Positions 1-11,400 of a stretch of DNA of 64,000 nt are shown here, in pieces. Under the pieces are notes generated by a model, which was not told where the DNA came from, made no database searches, and saw only the letters and a program-made list of their open reading frames with translations. The stretch comes from Podarcis pityusensis (lineage: Eukaryota). Location: NCBI GenBank assembly GCA_964106645.2, contig OZ067046.1. One strand, written 5' to 3'. Numbering within the stretch: position 1 is the first letter of the stretch; each line of letters starts with the position of its first letter. The position numbers were made by a program, and so were the translations under genes.

Positions 1-899
1 ACATAATACAGTCACTAAGGCTCCTTCTGTCAACATTCTTAAAGTCCAAAGTCGATCTCTATTTCACACAGTTCTTATCTTGCAACTGGAAAAACCCCAG
101 CTCCACTCTTGTAACTGTTTCAAAAGCTCTCTCTAGAGGGAAACAGTCTCCACTTGTATCAATCCTTTCAAACACAGTTTAAACTATAAAGATAGTTTCT
201 TTTACTACTTTTTAAACGCAGATGAGTACAATGGAAACAATATATTTTTCTTATTGCTAGCTGTCAAAAAACGTCACTCTTTCTGGCAGCCCGTTTCCAG
301 GTTCGGAGCAGTGGTAATTTGGTTTTTCACTCTCTCCTGCAGGCTCACTAGGTCCAAAATTTCCCCCCTCTTCTCTTGCTTCCAAGGGGGGTTTAATAGT
401 TTTAACCAATGGAGATTTAATCCTTTACAAAAATAAACTTTCCAAGGCTTTAACTTGCAACTTCTTTGCTTCAATCTGTTTACAAAAAAGGAAGGCGGAC
501 TTCCTGTTTAGAACCTTCCCGTTTCGATGCCAAATTAATGAATTTAAGGATCTAATTTTCCGTTCTACTCACGGGTAGTTGTTTAAAATCCAATTGTCCA
601 CAGGAAAAAGTCAGCGCTCTCCGGCAACAGCGATGCGGCTTCACTCCGTGAAAGAAGCAGTCAATTCGAAGCACCGCGCCACTCACCCCACTTCACTCCG
701 GATCCCCAAATCAGGGTTTCCCTGCAAGTAGGGGAGGCGCAAAGGGTGCCAGCCGAATCCCAAGTTCATAGGCTTCTCCCGCCTGTGATTTCAGTGGGTC
801 TCCGCCTTCGCCGTGGCGGTCAGACCCTAATTTCCGCGGAGCAAATTCCTCCCAATCGGAGGAACTCCGCCATTGCCTGGAGGCGCCAACCTGGAAGTC
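1..899 (-). mobile_element. Probable 5' end (5'UTR/ORF1 start) of an L1-clade LINE, truncated by the window edge
   Basis: Minus strand begins GACTTCCAGGTTGGCGCC...AATGGCGG, resembling the GACTTCCGG/GGCGCC start of fish and squamate L1 5'UTRs. It is CpG-rich over about 500-900, then A-rich on the minus strand. Family assignment is from memory. Confidence 0.45.
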
Positions 900-1547
900 T
901 GATTTTGTGTGATTCCTGGAGGGGTCCTTTGCTCACTCAGTAGCGGAACAGACCAGACCAGCAGCTGGGTCAGCCAATCTCTTTCTAATGAATGCAGCAC
1001 AACATTCCCCACTTAACTTATTTTGATCCACTATGCTGCTTTCCTAGAAAATCTAAAAGGTTTCTACCTATCTGGTTTCTTGGCTGCCTTGGTAACATCT
1101 CTTCTGTTGATTGCCCAAAGCCACAGATATCTTTGCTCAGTACTTTTTGCTCAAACGTATTCTTTCTGGCAGCTTTATTGCTTCTAAGAAAGTCCCATAC
1201 ATTTAAATGGATCTTGCTTCCAAGAAAGGCATGTGTGGGAATGGGCTTAAAACAGCAAACACCTGCACACACTCCCTAAAAACACAGGATGAAATATAAC
1301 ACAGTTAAGTATGCTGATTTCCATTTACAGCATTTAATTAGGAAAGGAAAGGTTTGATTTTCACTGATTCGTACCCACATTTCGGAAATTGTATTGTGAA
1401 TGCATGTTCCCCCAAAGACACTCTGGAAAATAAATTACTGTAGTGTACAAAGATTGCATAAGAGGCATATGTGGAACTATTTTTCCTCCTTTGACTTGAA
1501 GCCCAAATTTAACTCTGGTCTTCTCTATCCCCATACCTTTTGTACAG

Positions 1548-1685
1548 GTGAATGCAATGATAATTGCTTCTGTATTTTCCTGCTTCGTCACTCTACTTGT
1601 AATCATCTATACGTCTATAACATTAGAGTATGGTGAAAAATATGAAGAGTTTGACAATGTGTCCTCTTACCATCACCCAGCCGTT
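1548..1685 (+). CDS. MS4A-like gene exon: TM helix plus loop
   Basis: ccttttgtacag|GTG...GTT|gtaagt; 138 nt; hydrophobic stretch MIIASVFSCFVTLLVIIYTSITL. Confidence 0.8.
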
Positions 1686-4314
1686 GTAAGTATCAAACTA
1701 TCTAGTTTCTGCCCTTTTGAATACATTGCACACAGTTTAGGAGCGACAGAGTAACTAGCACACCCAAAGGTCTGTCACTCACATCAGTTAGGGCAGAAGA
1801 TGGTGCAGGAAAATCTCTCTGTGTGTTTCTTTACTGAACAAGGTCCAGGCTGGCACAGCAGAGGCAAAATCATTGGATGGCTCAACTCTGCCCCCTTCTA
1901 GGTCCTGAAATGCCTTTTATGGCAGGTATTGTTGGGAGTTCCATAGTAAAGGATGCCTCCCACAGGCACAGGCACTGGGGCAGATCAGGGTTGGGCCTGC
2001 CTTTTATATATTACTTTCATTTTATCCATCCAATTTGAGGATATTAATTGACACCATCAGTTTGTATACATGCATAGATCATATATGTGGTTGCTCAACT
2101 ATTTATCAGTTACTATTTATTGTTGTTTTTCACTTGTTATTCCTTTTCATGTAAAATAATTAAAATATAAAGAAGAGAATTTACAGGTGCTTTAAAAACA
2201 ATACCCACACCGCTCCTAAGGTTGAATTGCATTTTTTTGGATAAAGGGTGTGTGTGTGCTCATTTTCTGTGTTGCAGGCATTTGTGCTTGGTAAACTTGT
2301 AGAAGGAGCCAACATCACACTACTGATTGCATCGCTTTTCAGTGCTTTTATTGTGCTGATTATTGCTTATTTGAGTTGCCGAAGTCTTCCATGTTGTTCA
2401 TGCTATGACAGTGTCACTGGACTTGTAAGTAGCAACATTGCCATTAAATATGGTGGGTTTACTTGTCTTGTACTGGGAAGGAAAGCCTTTTGTGATTCTG
2501 CAAAAACATTTTTGGACAGTTTGATATGAGGTTGCCATATTTCCTTAACTCCCCCTCCCCTTCAACTAGTTAAGCCCAAAATGCCCACAAAACTAATTTT
2601 TTGAATTGTCATTTGGAAACAAATGATTTGTGGACACCTCTTATTATAGCATTGTATACACTAAACAGCTATGAACCTCATCAGTGCTGTGATGGTAAAT
2701 AACTGCCATCCTTATATAAGCTTCTGTGCACTTCCTAAAGGAAGGGGTATAAATTGTATATAACTGCCCCTTCTGCATGTTTTTCTTGACAGGTGTGTGC
2801 ATAAAATGTTTTTTACTAGGTTCACAGTTCTATGGGTGGTATTCAGCTAAGTTTAATTCAGAGTAGATCCTTTGAAATTAATGAACATGACTAAATAAGT
2901 TCCATGAATTTCAGTCAGTGTAACCTGAGTGAATACCACCCCTTGTGTTTAAGGTTTGCCAATTATGTAGCACTTACCACTTCTAACGTTGACTTCTCAT
3001 TGTTTGATAACTGCCTTATTTATGCATCTCTTAGATAGATATGTTTGTTCAGCTTCTTATCTGGGTTATTGAATGTGAATGGTTTGAAATAAATCTCTTA
3101 ATTATGATAATGGTAGCTGCAAAAAAATTAAGAAATACTTTTGTAAAGGAAAATATGGTAAACTGTGGTGGGCATTATATGATGAATAGCTTCTTTTTCT
3201 TGAACTCCAGAACTTTTTATTTTTAGTCTTGTTTGTTATTATACCATTGCAATTACTTTTGGTTAACCAAATTACAAAATGAAACCGTGTTTGTCTCGAA
3301 GACTGCACATTCTAAGATCAGTGCTATTCTCAGGTGAACCTTTTTAGCAATCTCATGCTCTCATTCTTAGGAACGGCTAGAACCTAATGAAGACCAGCTA
3401 CAAATTGCAGAATTAGTTTGCATTCCATCTGGTATGTAGGTGTTCTCACTGTTTTACTTGAAAATTAATTTCAGATTTACTAAATATGTAAGTCAAATAA
3501 TGAATATGTAAGGAAGACATTTGGGCTATATAAATATTATTTAAAATCATAATAATTAAAATCCATTTCCATAAAAGCAATCTAACTACAATTACAATAA
3601 CTAGGCAGTAGTGGTTAAAAATAAAATCCAGCACATTACTTTACTGCTGGTTTTAGTTTAATTTGTTCTTATTAATATTGAACTGTAAAACCCAACATAG
3701 CTCTTTTAATCAATAGTGGGTTAGAACAGAAAAAATTAAAAGATAATAAAGAAGCCCTGGTAATATTCCTTGGGAGGAAGAAAAAAAAATCTGTGTCATT
3801 GGTGCCCACAATAATAGATATTGATGGTAGACCAAGGCCAGGCCTCTGAAGCCAATGTTCCATCCTGGGCAGATTTCTGAGAGTGTAGGCTGTCCTTCAA
3901 ATAAAGCCCTACATTGTCTAGGGCTAGGTTAAGTGTCAAAACCAGTCCTTTAAATGGGGCCCAGAAACGAAATGGCAGATAATGCATTTGGTAAAATATG
4001 GGTATTATGTGTTCCCAATGCTTGATCCCTGCAAGAATCTGGGCAGCTACCTTCTGCACCAGTGAAAGTTTCTAAACCATTTTCAAAGGCAGCCCCATAT
4101 ATAACCAGGGTATTACAACAGTCTAGTCTGCATGTAGCCAGCACACATAATCAAGGCAAAGTTTGCTTTCTGCAGCTACATATGCTCACTGTGTGTGTTT
4201 TCTATTCTAGGTCAAGTGGATACAATTTTTAATTCTCCTGTAAAACTTTCAGATTTAGATATGGAAGCTGATGATGACATGCCCAAACCACCTCCATATA
4301 TCAGGATGACTTAA
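1548..4314 (+). CDS. Uncharacterised MS4A/CD20-like membrane protein, 3' part (4 exons: 1548-1685, 2278-2424, 3371-3431, 4211-4314); 5' exons not found
   Basis: All junctions are polypyrimidine-AG / GT(AAGT or ATGT). Intron phases 0, 0, 1 join into one open frame: VNAMIIASVFSCFVTLLVIIYTSITLEYGEKYEEFDNVSSYHHPAV-AFVLGKLVEGANITLLIASLFSAFIVLIIAYLSCRSLPCCSCYDSVTGL-ERLEPNEDQLQIAELVCIPSG-QVDTIFNSPVKLSDLDMEADDDMPKPPPYIRMT*. AATAAA at 4463-4468. Confidence 0.8.
2278..2424 (+). CDS. MS4A-like gene exon: last TM helix plus Cys cluster
   Basis: ttttctgtgttgcag|GCA...CTT|gtaagt; 147 nt; ITLLIASLFSAFIVLIIAYLSCRSLPCCSC. Confidence 0.8.
3371..3431 (+). CDS. MS4A-like gene exon: cytoplasmic tail
   Basis: ctctcattcttag|GAA...TCT G|gtatgt; 61 nt (3n+1), supplying exactly the phase the last exon needs. 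Confidence 0.72.
3790..4147 (-). mobile_element. Degenerate L2-clade LINE ORF2 C-terminal fragment (intronic)
   Basis: Minus-strand frames give RLDCCN... and QKVAAQILAGIKHWEHIIPIFYQMHYLPFRFWAPFKGLVL, matching the L2 RLDYCN / QNAAAR / HITP.L..LHWLP...FK pattern, with frameshifts. Confidence 0.75.
4211..4314 (+). CDS. MS4A-like gene last coding exon (acidic patch, PPPY, stop)
   Basis: ttttctattctag|GT CAA...CCA CCT CCA TAT ATC AGG ATG ACT TAA; AATAAA about 150 nt downstream. Confidence 0.75.
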
Positions 4315-4462
4315 ATATAAATTCTAGGAGAATTTTTTTTTTAAAGCTCTTTATAACTTAATAATTTTACTGAAAAGTTTGTACAATTCTTAAAAGAAAT
4401 GACTGACCACTCTGAAGAGATCCTCAGAATTTCAAGACTGGTGACCTATTTTCTGTACAGTT

Positions 4463-4468
4463 AATAAA
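4463..4468 (+). terminator. Polyadenylation signal AATAAA of the MS4A-like gene
   Basis: Canonical hexamer about 150 nt after TAA, followed by T-rich sequence. Confidence 0.5.
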
Positions 4469-4781
4469 CTTAATTCTATTTTCATAAATTTTAATTTAGC
4501 CCCATAGTGTTTATTTGACTCCTGCTGTGTAATAGAATCTTCAATAATAGCAAGCATCCTTTGAACCAGAAAAATTGTCATGGGCAAATGAGTCTTCCAA
4601 ATGCAAATTTGCTTGTTCAAATGGGAATGGTCTGCAGAAATCATACGATTCCGTGTGAAATCTGCTAGCACAGAAAGCAAAGAGTGGGCAGACAAATACT
4701 GTGAATATTAGCCAATGCACTCCACTCCAATGATTTCACCAATGCCCCATGTTAGAATTGATGGATTGCATTTTGTATGAA

Positions 4782-5148
4782 GTTGTTGTTGTTTAGTCGT
4801 TTAGTCGTGTCCGACTCTTCGTGGCCCCATGGACCAGAGCATGCCAGGCACTCCTGTCTTCCACTGCCTCCCGCAGTTTGGTCAAACTCATGCTGGTAGC
4901 TTTGTGAACACTATCCATCCATCTCGTCCTCTATCGTCCCCTTCTCTTTGTGCCCTCCATCTTTCCCAACATCAGGGTCTTTTCCAGGGAGTCTTCTCTT
5001 CTCATGAGGTGTCCAAAGTATTGGAGTCTCAGCTTCAGGATCTGTCCTTCCAGTGAGCACTCAGGGCTGATTTCCTTAAGAATGGATAGGTTTGATCTTC
5101 TTGCAGTCCATGGGACTCTCAAGAGTCTCCTCCAGCACCATAATTCAA
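4782..5148 (-). mobile_element. BovB (RTE-clade) LINE, 5'-truncated 3' end
   Basis: Encodes RVPWTARRSNLSILKEISPECSLEGQILKLRLQYFGHLMRREDSLEKTLMLGKMEG, then CCATGGGG.CACGAAGAGTCGGACACGACT and a (CAA)n tail. Confidence 0.92.
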
Positions 5149-6769
5149 AATTTCATCAAAGAGGCATCAGCTTTCATATCATATGCTTCATCTGGCCTAA
5201 ACTAAAGAAATCAATTTGAACATATCCAATCTTGCCCATTGGTCTTCTTCCACAGATTCATTTTTAAAAGCCAAATACATATATAACTCCAGCAATAAAA
5301 CACTTTTTAAATAGCCATAGGTGTAGCTGCCTGAGGCAAGCAAGAATCTTTCAGGACATGGAAGCTTCACAGCACTCATAACAATGTGAATGTTTCTAAC
5401 TGACAGGCAATTACAGTGGGGAAAAATGAGACGAAAGCAGAATTTTACTTGCTAGCATTTATTAGTTTAAGACAGTGGCACGTACTTGTGGTAATTTAAA
5501 TAAATCTTTCCTTTTGCTTTTAGAAAGAACAATTGACATTTTGTAGGTAAAGCATTATTAAATGGGGAAGCATTTTGGATTAACAACACTCTGTTTAAGA
5601 TACTATCAACGTAACTGATGCCGATAAGATGACAATGCTCAATGTTATTTTGCAATAATAAGATAGAACAATTCTATACTATACTATAGCAGTTTAAACA
5701 GTTTCAAAATAACCATTTCATCAGTATTTATGGGTGAAATCCAACATTAGTTACCAGACCTATCCTGGGAGCAATACAGGGATGTTGTCCTATGTGTTGT
5801 GGCCACATGATTAATTCTTCAAAACTCTCTTCCTTCTGTATATAGAACCCTGGTTTTTATTTTTTACTTTCTTTAGGATATGATTTAATGCACACATTAT
5901 AATTACATTTGCATTAAAAGCTATCTTTTACTTAAATGGGTTAAGAAAATGAAGTAAACAGGTGAGTCCTCTAAAGAGGAGTGTAAACTATATTTGAGAA
6001 ATATTTTAGAAATATACATTTATGAACATTTTTTCATTAAAAATCACTGAAGAGTCTTCGTATTAAATAAATGGTTTCTAGAAAGTGCGTAAACCAAAAG
6101 TAAAGACACAAAACAGAGTAAAAAGAACTTCCCTTTTTCAAGTGTTGTAGAAAAACTAAACAAGAAAAACCCTGTCACTTCTGGTTCTAAGCAAAATAAT
6201 AATAATCCTATATAAACTTGGACACAATCCTCTCACACATTTGGCCCACAATGCAAGTGGATTGTGTTCCTTGCATTTTACTGATTAAGGTGCAATCAAT
6301 AGATTTTCCTAAACATAAAAGCTAGTGTTTTATACTTCACTATGCTAATGTACGACAGAATAGCACCTAGTATTTGGCAATTACAATTACAGTAATTGTA
6401 CTAATATGTCTGCCTTCAATAGCATTACAGTAAAGGTTAAAACTTAGTAAGACATTTAATAAGCAGCACACAGTAGATATAAGCAAATTGGATTTGGAAT
6501 ATTAAGTAAATTGTTCTTTAAGTGTTAGCCTATAATACTGATACTCCATTCTCTTAGAATAATATGTAACGGTATCTTGAATTTCATTGCTTTCCCTTTT
6601 TATGTAACCAAAACTTATATGCAAGCTAACACGAAATGTGAAATGTAGGACACATGTAAAATAAATGAAGAATGAGGATCAAAAAGGTTACAATATGGTA
6701 CTGAACAACAGAGTTAAGATCAACTCCTACACAAGGTTCACTTATACTAAGGTTTGTAATGCTTACTTC

Positions 6770-6905
6770 CAAAACAGCCAATGTGGTAGCCTCCAGATGT
6801 TTTGGACTACAAGTACCATCATCCCTGTTCACTGGCCAAGCTGACTAGGACTGAGGGCAGTTGTAGTCCACAACATCTAGAGGGAACCATGTTGTCTCCT
6901 GCTGT
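6770..6905. mobile_element. URR1-like hAT non-autonomous palindromic MITE
   Basis: CCTCCAGATGTTTTGGACTACAA...TTGTAGTCCACAACATCTAGAGG inverted arms; related copies at about 23601-23735, 27825-27885, 47099-47228, 50040-50097 and 59523-59661. Confidence 0.65.
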
Positions 6906-8889
6906 CCTAGTTGATTAACATTGATTGATTTGTAAAATATTTTTTAATACTTAAGAAACACCAGGTGGCAGCCAATGCTAACAGGATTCTAACAACACGT
7001 TACTGTTAGCAGCTTGAGCTTTCCGAGTGGAGGGAAGAGCAAGAGAACAAAGATTAAACATAATTAAAATCAATCCCCATTATCTGTCATTCACACAAAT
7101 TATGCCATTTTCTACAGAACTGTTTTATCCCTTCCTCAATATTTGTAGCTTTAATATTTTATTAGTCAATAAAAGCTCAAATTTCTTTCTTTAATGGGTG
7201 ATGGTCCTAATTAGCAACAATAGATATACAAGGCTGGAGCTATATTTGTGCAAGGAGATGAAGATAGGCACCAGGATTTCTCCACTTGCCAATTACTCAG
7301 TACTGGAAGGCTGAATCGGGCGCTTGTGCCGGTAGTGCATGTTATACAATGAACACAGGAAAGCCCACCTATCCCTTACACCTTTAGCTTGAGCTGCCCA
7401 GAGGTGGAGGCAGTTATTATAGCAGAAATGTCTACGCAAAATCAAGCAAGAAATCTTGTAAGTTCAGCTCTAAACACTCTGTGCTGCAAATAGATTTGAA
7501 GATACCTCTTAACTGTTACTAAAAACAAGCTGCTAATATTACTAATGGAAAACAGCCACTTTCATATTTTATGTATTTATTTTTGATACTATGGGATGAT
7601 ACAGACCGCCCCTTCCATATGTTCATAGCTAAGGCACACAAGTAGTTATTTTTTTACAAATTGTAGATTCTGAAGTTCAGTTGCTCCTACTTTATGCTAT
7701 TTCAAAAGCAAAACATAGCGAGTCAACTACACAGAATAGCATATGATTTTCCCTATATTATTTGCAGTCCACATTTGAATTCATTGTTTGTTTTTAGTAG
7801 GATAAACCATGCATTCCTAAGACTTTTACCTTGGCCATTTGCTTCATAGTATTCCATTGGGGTACTAAAAATACCCCAATCAAGTCTCACGTTTTGGCAT
7901 TTTGTATGTTGTGTAGGTTATAACCACTGCTAATAATGAAAGTCAAACAATACACCTTAAGTTACATCATAATGTTATGAATATAAATGATACATTTTTA
8001 GAATTTTGTTAGAGCTTTTTAAAAAGTGTTACAATATTTAGGGAGAATCTGAACTACAAGATCTGGCGTTCCTATTGATGGCTTCACCTCCAGAGCAATG
8101 CCACAATTGAGTGGATACTTTCTGATCTCCTGCGGTTACATCAGAAATAAACAATCCACTACAGCTTCAGTTTTCAATGCAATTTCCAATGTTCCATGAG
8201 ATTCACATGATTTCATTTTATTGGGCAAAAGATAACCCTAGATATTTTTCCAATGTCATTTCTGTCTCACATATAAAGAAGAATACAAAACTATGAGGGC
8301 CATCAAACATAACTTTTACACAGAAAGTAAACTCCGTAGAGCTTCACTTGCTTTCAAAATTAACTAACCTAGAGTTTAGATAAAGTAATGAGATGAAGGC
8401 AAGAGGTGACTTAACACTTGTGCTCAAGTCGAGTCTTCATTCCATTGCATGATTAAGACATGTGATAGAAGTACAATTCACAAATCAATTTACCAAATTA
8501 TCTAAAAGTAATTCACTTAAAATTAGCAAGTCATACTACTCTTTGGGTTTCTATAGAACCGTGATCTGCTCAAATTGAATGCTAAAGGCATCAGTGATTT
8601 GACCTAACCTACACATTTCTATTTTAGTGGAGAAAAGATCTCAGAACTAAGCTACTTCAATGGAACCAGAGTCAAGCTTCACAAATCTAACTTCCATAAA
8701 TCTTCAGTAATTTAGATGATACAGTTAACAAAGTGCAGAGATAAGAGTGGCACACATCCAGATGTGAGGACATACAATAAAGTGCCCAGCAGATTCAATG
8801 TAATTTCTACTAAACTGGAACATTACCAATACCATACTCTCAAAGCACTGGCAAACAGACCAAAGTGATGACTGCAAAAATACTGTGAG

Positions 8890-9330
8890 CTAACACCAAC
8901 ATGGCATGGCGGGTTTTACTGCAGGTTCTAGGTGAATTGTGTTATCGGGTAGCTGACTAAGCATGAGTGGCTTGTGACTCTTGAGCTTATGAGCCAGCGT
9001 CATAAATATGGCTTCCACATGATCATTGTCATTAGGGTTTTTAGCAGATGTTTCAAACAGTGGCATGCTATGAGTGTCAGCAAATTTCTGAGCCATGTCC
9101 GTAGGGACCTGAATTGCACTTCTCAGATCGCATTTATTTCCAACCAAAATCCGGGGTATATCATTGGTGAGCAAGTGTTGTTTGCATTCCTCGATCCACA
9201 GTGGCAAACTATGGAAACTGGCAATATTTGTCATATCATATACAAAAACGACTGCGTGTACATTCCTGTAATAGTGCTGTACCATGCTCTTCCTGAATCG
9301 CTCCTGCCCTGCTGTATCCCAGAGCTGAAT
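8890..9330 (-). CDS. RAB33B: RAB33B coding exon 2
   Basis: tctag|ATT CAG CTC TGG GAT...TGT TAG. Confidence 0.96.
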   Translation of the reverse strand: MQLWDTAGQERFRKSMVQHYYRNVHAVVFVYDMTNIASFHSLPLWIEECKQHLLTNDIPRILVGNKCDLRSAIQVPTDMAQKFADTHSMPLFETSAKNPNDNDHVEAIFMTLAHKLKSHKPLMLSQLPDNTIHLEPAVKPAMPCWC

Positions 9331-10862
9331 CTAGATGTACCGAGAAGGGAGAGAAACAAGAAAAAAAATGATTTCACTCATGCTGGTGGAAAGGCATAAT
9401 TTCAACTTTAACTCAACAGTACTTTTATATTGCTATGATTTCTGTTCATGAGGGTCTTTGAGGTCAGTGGTTTTATATCTCAGCAACAGCAACAAAACAT
9501 AAATGCAAACTTTTGCAGTGAAGCTTCCTGCAAATACCTTTTTATACATCAGCTTTTCAAAAACAGTTATACTAAATATTAGTAATTGTGTGTCTTTCAC
9601 TGTAGATGAAGGTATTACAGGAATTAAGAGCTTGCCAAGAAATTGACATTGCAACATGAGTATTAAGTTTAATTAGGATCTACGTGATTTAAAAATCAGC
9701 ATGCTTACATTTCAATTAAAAAGCAGAGTTGTCATTGCTTAACATAACTGTACATGTATAAGGATGACACAACTTTCCATTTAAGCACTAGCTGGTACCC
9801 AAAGGTAACCAGGAATTCCATGCAGCTGGGTTCATGGAAGCACTGCCTCTCTGCACCCAGCACAGAAACCACATGTTGCTAGAGGTGGGATGAAGAATTC
9901 TGCAAGGCCCTAGCAATCTAGCGTTATGTGTTTGCAAACTTTTGTGAGCTTATTTAAACACCGGAATAAAGAGATACAATAGGCCATAAGTTTGACTAAA
10001 TATGAGCACATCTTCAAAACTGTGTGATGTTAATACATGTTCAGCACTCAGCACATGAACAACAGATAGACCAAGGGGCTCAGAGGTGCAACTAACAGCA
10101 TGTTTACAGGTGCAACTATAGGGCTCAGCGATGAAGCTCACCGGGGGACTTCCTCAAGTTACCGCACTCAGATTGTTGCAAACACAAATCTTGATTCAGG
10201 GGAAGCAGCTGAGATACAAGTATAACAAATGACCTCCATATTTTTGGCCTTGTGTCAGCTCCAGGCAGCATAGATGAGCAACAGGACTGGAGTTGCCCAC
10301 TCCAGTCCTGCCAGGTGGCCTGGTGTAAAAGAGGTCATAGATCATAGAGTTAGAAGGGACCACGAGGGTCATCTAGTCCAATGCGGCAATGCAGGAATCT
10401 TTCACCACCTGCACCTATAACAGTATTGCAGCAGAGGAAATCTCAGCAGATGTCGCTTGCCGAGGCAAAGCACCTGCCTTTTCTGCACACACCTGTTAAA
10501 GGACTCCCTGCCACTTTGCATCTACTACGCGCCAGCTGCAAGGCAGCCGGCAGAACAGCCCTGAGCCTAGCAGAGGAAAAGCAGCCCGAGGAGGCGACCT
10601 CGGCTTTCCGCACCTTGATGCGCTCCCCGTCGATGTCGACGGCGCGTTCTCGGAAATCCACCCCGATGGTGGCCTCGGTGCGCTCCGGGAAGCGGCCCGC
10701 GCAAAAGCGGAAAGTGAGGCACGTTTTCCCCACGTTCGAGTCCCCGATGACGATGATCTTGAAGATGCGGGAGCGCGCGGGGGGCAACGTCCCCGGCCCC
10801 GCGTAGCTGCTCGACAGGCTCAGCTCCAGCGACGACTCCACCTCGGCCGCCGCCGCCGCCAT
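8890..10862 (-). CDS. RAB33B: Ras-related protein Rab-33B (2 coding exons: 10614-10862, 8890-9330; 229 aa)
   Basis: GDSNVGKT P-loop, [25 protein letters not shown] and C-terminal CWC prenylation motif; 249+441 nt; adjacent to NAA15 as in other vertebrates. Confidence 0.97.
10335..10400 (-). mobile_element. CR1-type 3' tail (short SINE/LINE fragment)
   Basis: Reverse complement of GGACTAGATGACCCTCGTGGTCCCTTCTAACTCTATGATCTATGA. Confidence 0.7.
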
Positions 10863-11400
10863 CGCCTCCGGGCCCGCCAAGGCGCCTTCCGCTGCGTCGA
10901 GTCACTCGCGGCTTAGTCGCTCAGGCCCAACCTGGCGGAGGGATTCGCGTCGCGGCGTGGAGGCGAAAAAGGCCCGCGCGCCCCCGTCGCTCGCTCGCGC
11001 GCGCTCATTTCCCCCCTCCCGGACAAGCCGCTTCGCTTCCGCACCTGAGGGCGGCGGCTGCCGCTTCACGCGTGTTAAGCCACGTAGGAGGAACAGCTCC
11101 GCCCCTTTCGCGGCATAGGCCGGGCCTGATAGGCGAAGAAGGCGAGGCCATGGAAGGGGGCGTTTCCGCTCGTCTCAGCGGGGGAAAACAGGGACGACGG
11201 GAACACGAAAGCTCGCGAGAAGTGGGATGTTATGGACGCGTCTTTAAATGGCGGGTTGGGGCGGCAGCGGCCATCTGGCTGTCATTGTTCGCCAGCGCTA
11301 AGCTCGTGCTAGTCTCCTCAGTACAGGAGCGTCTCACACCCCTGGCTCTCTCTCTCGTCCCCACACGACAAGCGGGAGTCACCCGGCGAGACTGATGGGC
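10540..11400. promoter_or_regulatory. CpG island / RAB33B promoter
   Basis: High GC and CpG; ETS-type CTTCCG sites, GC box, GCTCGCGAGA (11211-11220), YY1-like AAATGGCGG (about 11246-11254). Confidence 0.85.
10614..10862 (-). CDS. RAB33B: RAB33B coding exon 1
   Basis: ATG at 10862 ([13 protein letters not shown]...GERIK)|gtgcgg. Confidence 0.95.

Noticed and set aside
1048-1091. Possible extra upstream exon of the MS4A-like gene (ttcctag|..NLKGFYLSGFLAAL|gtaaca)
   Set aside because: Phase at the 3' end fits, but the donor is weak, it is short and nothing upstream is available to validate it
8974-10905. Antisense and alternative-frame ORFs over RAB33B exons (8974-9399 +, 10381-10806 +, 10567-10905 -)
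   Set aside because: Shadow ORFs of the real coding exons, with no independent splice or domain support
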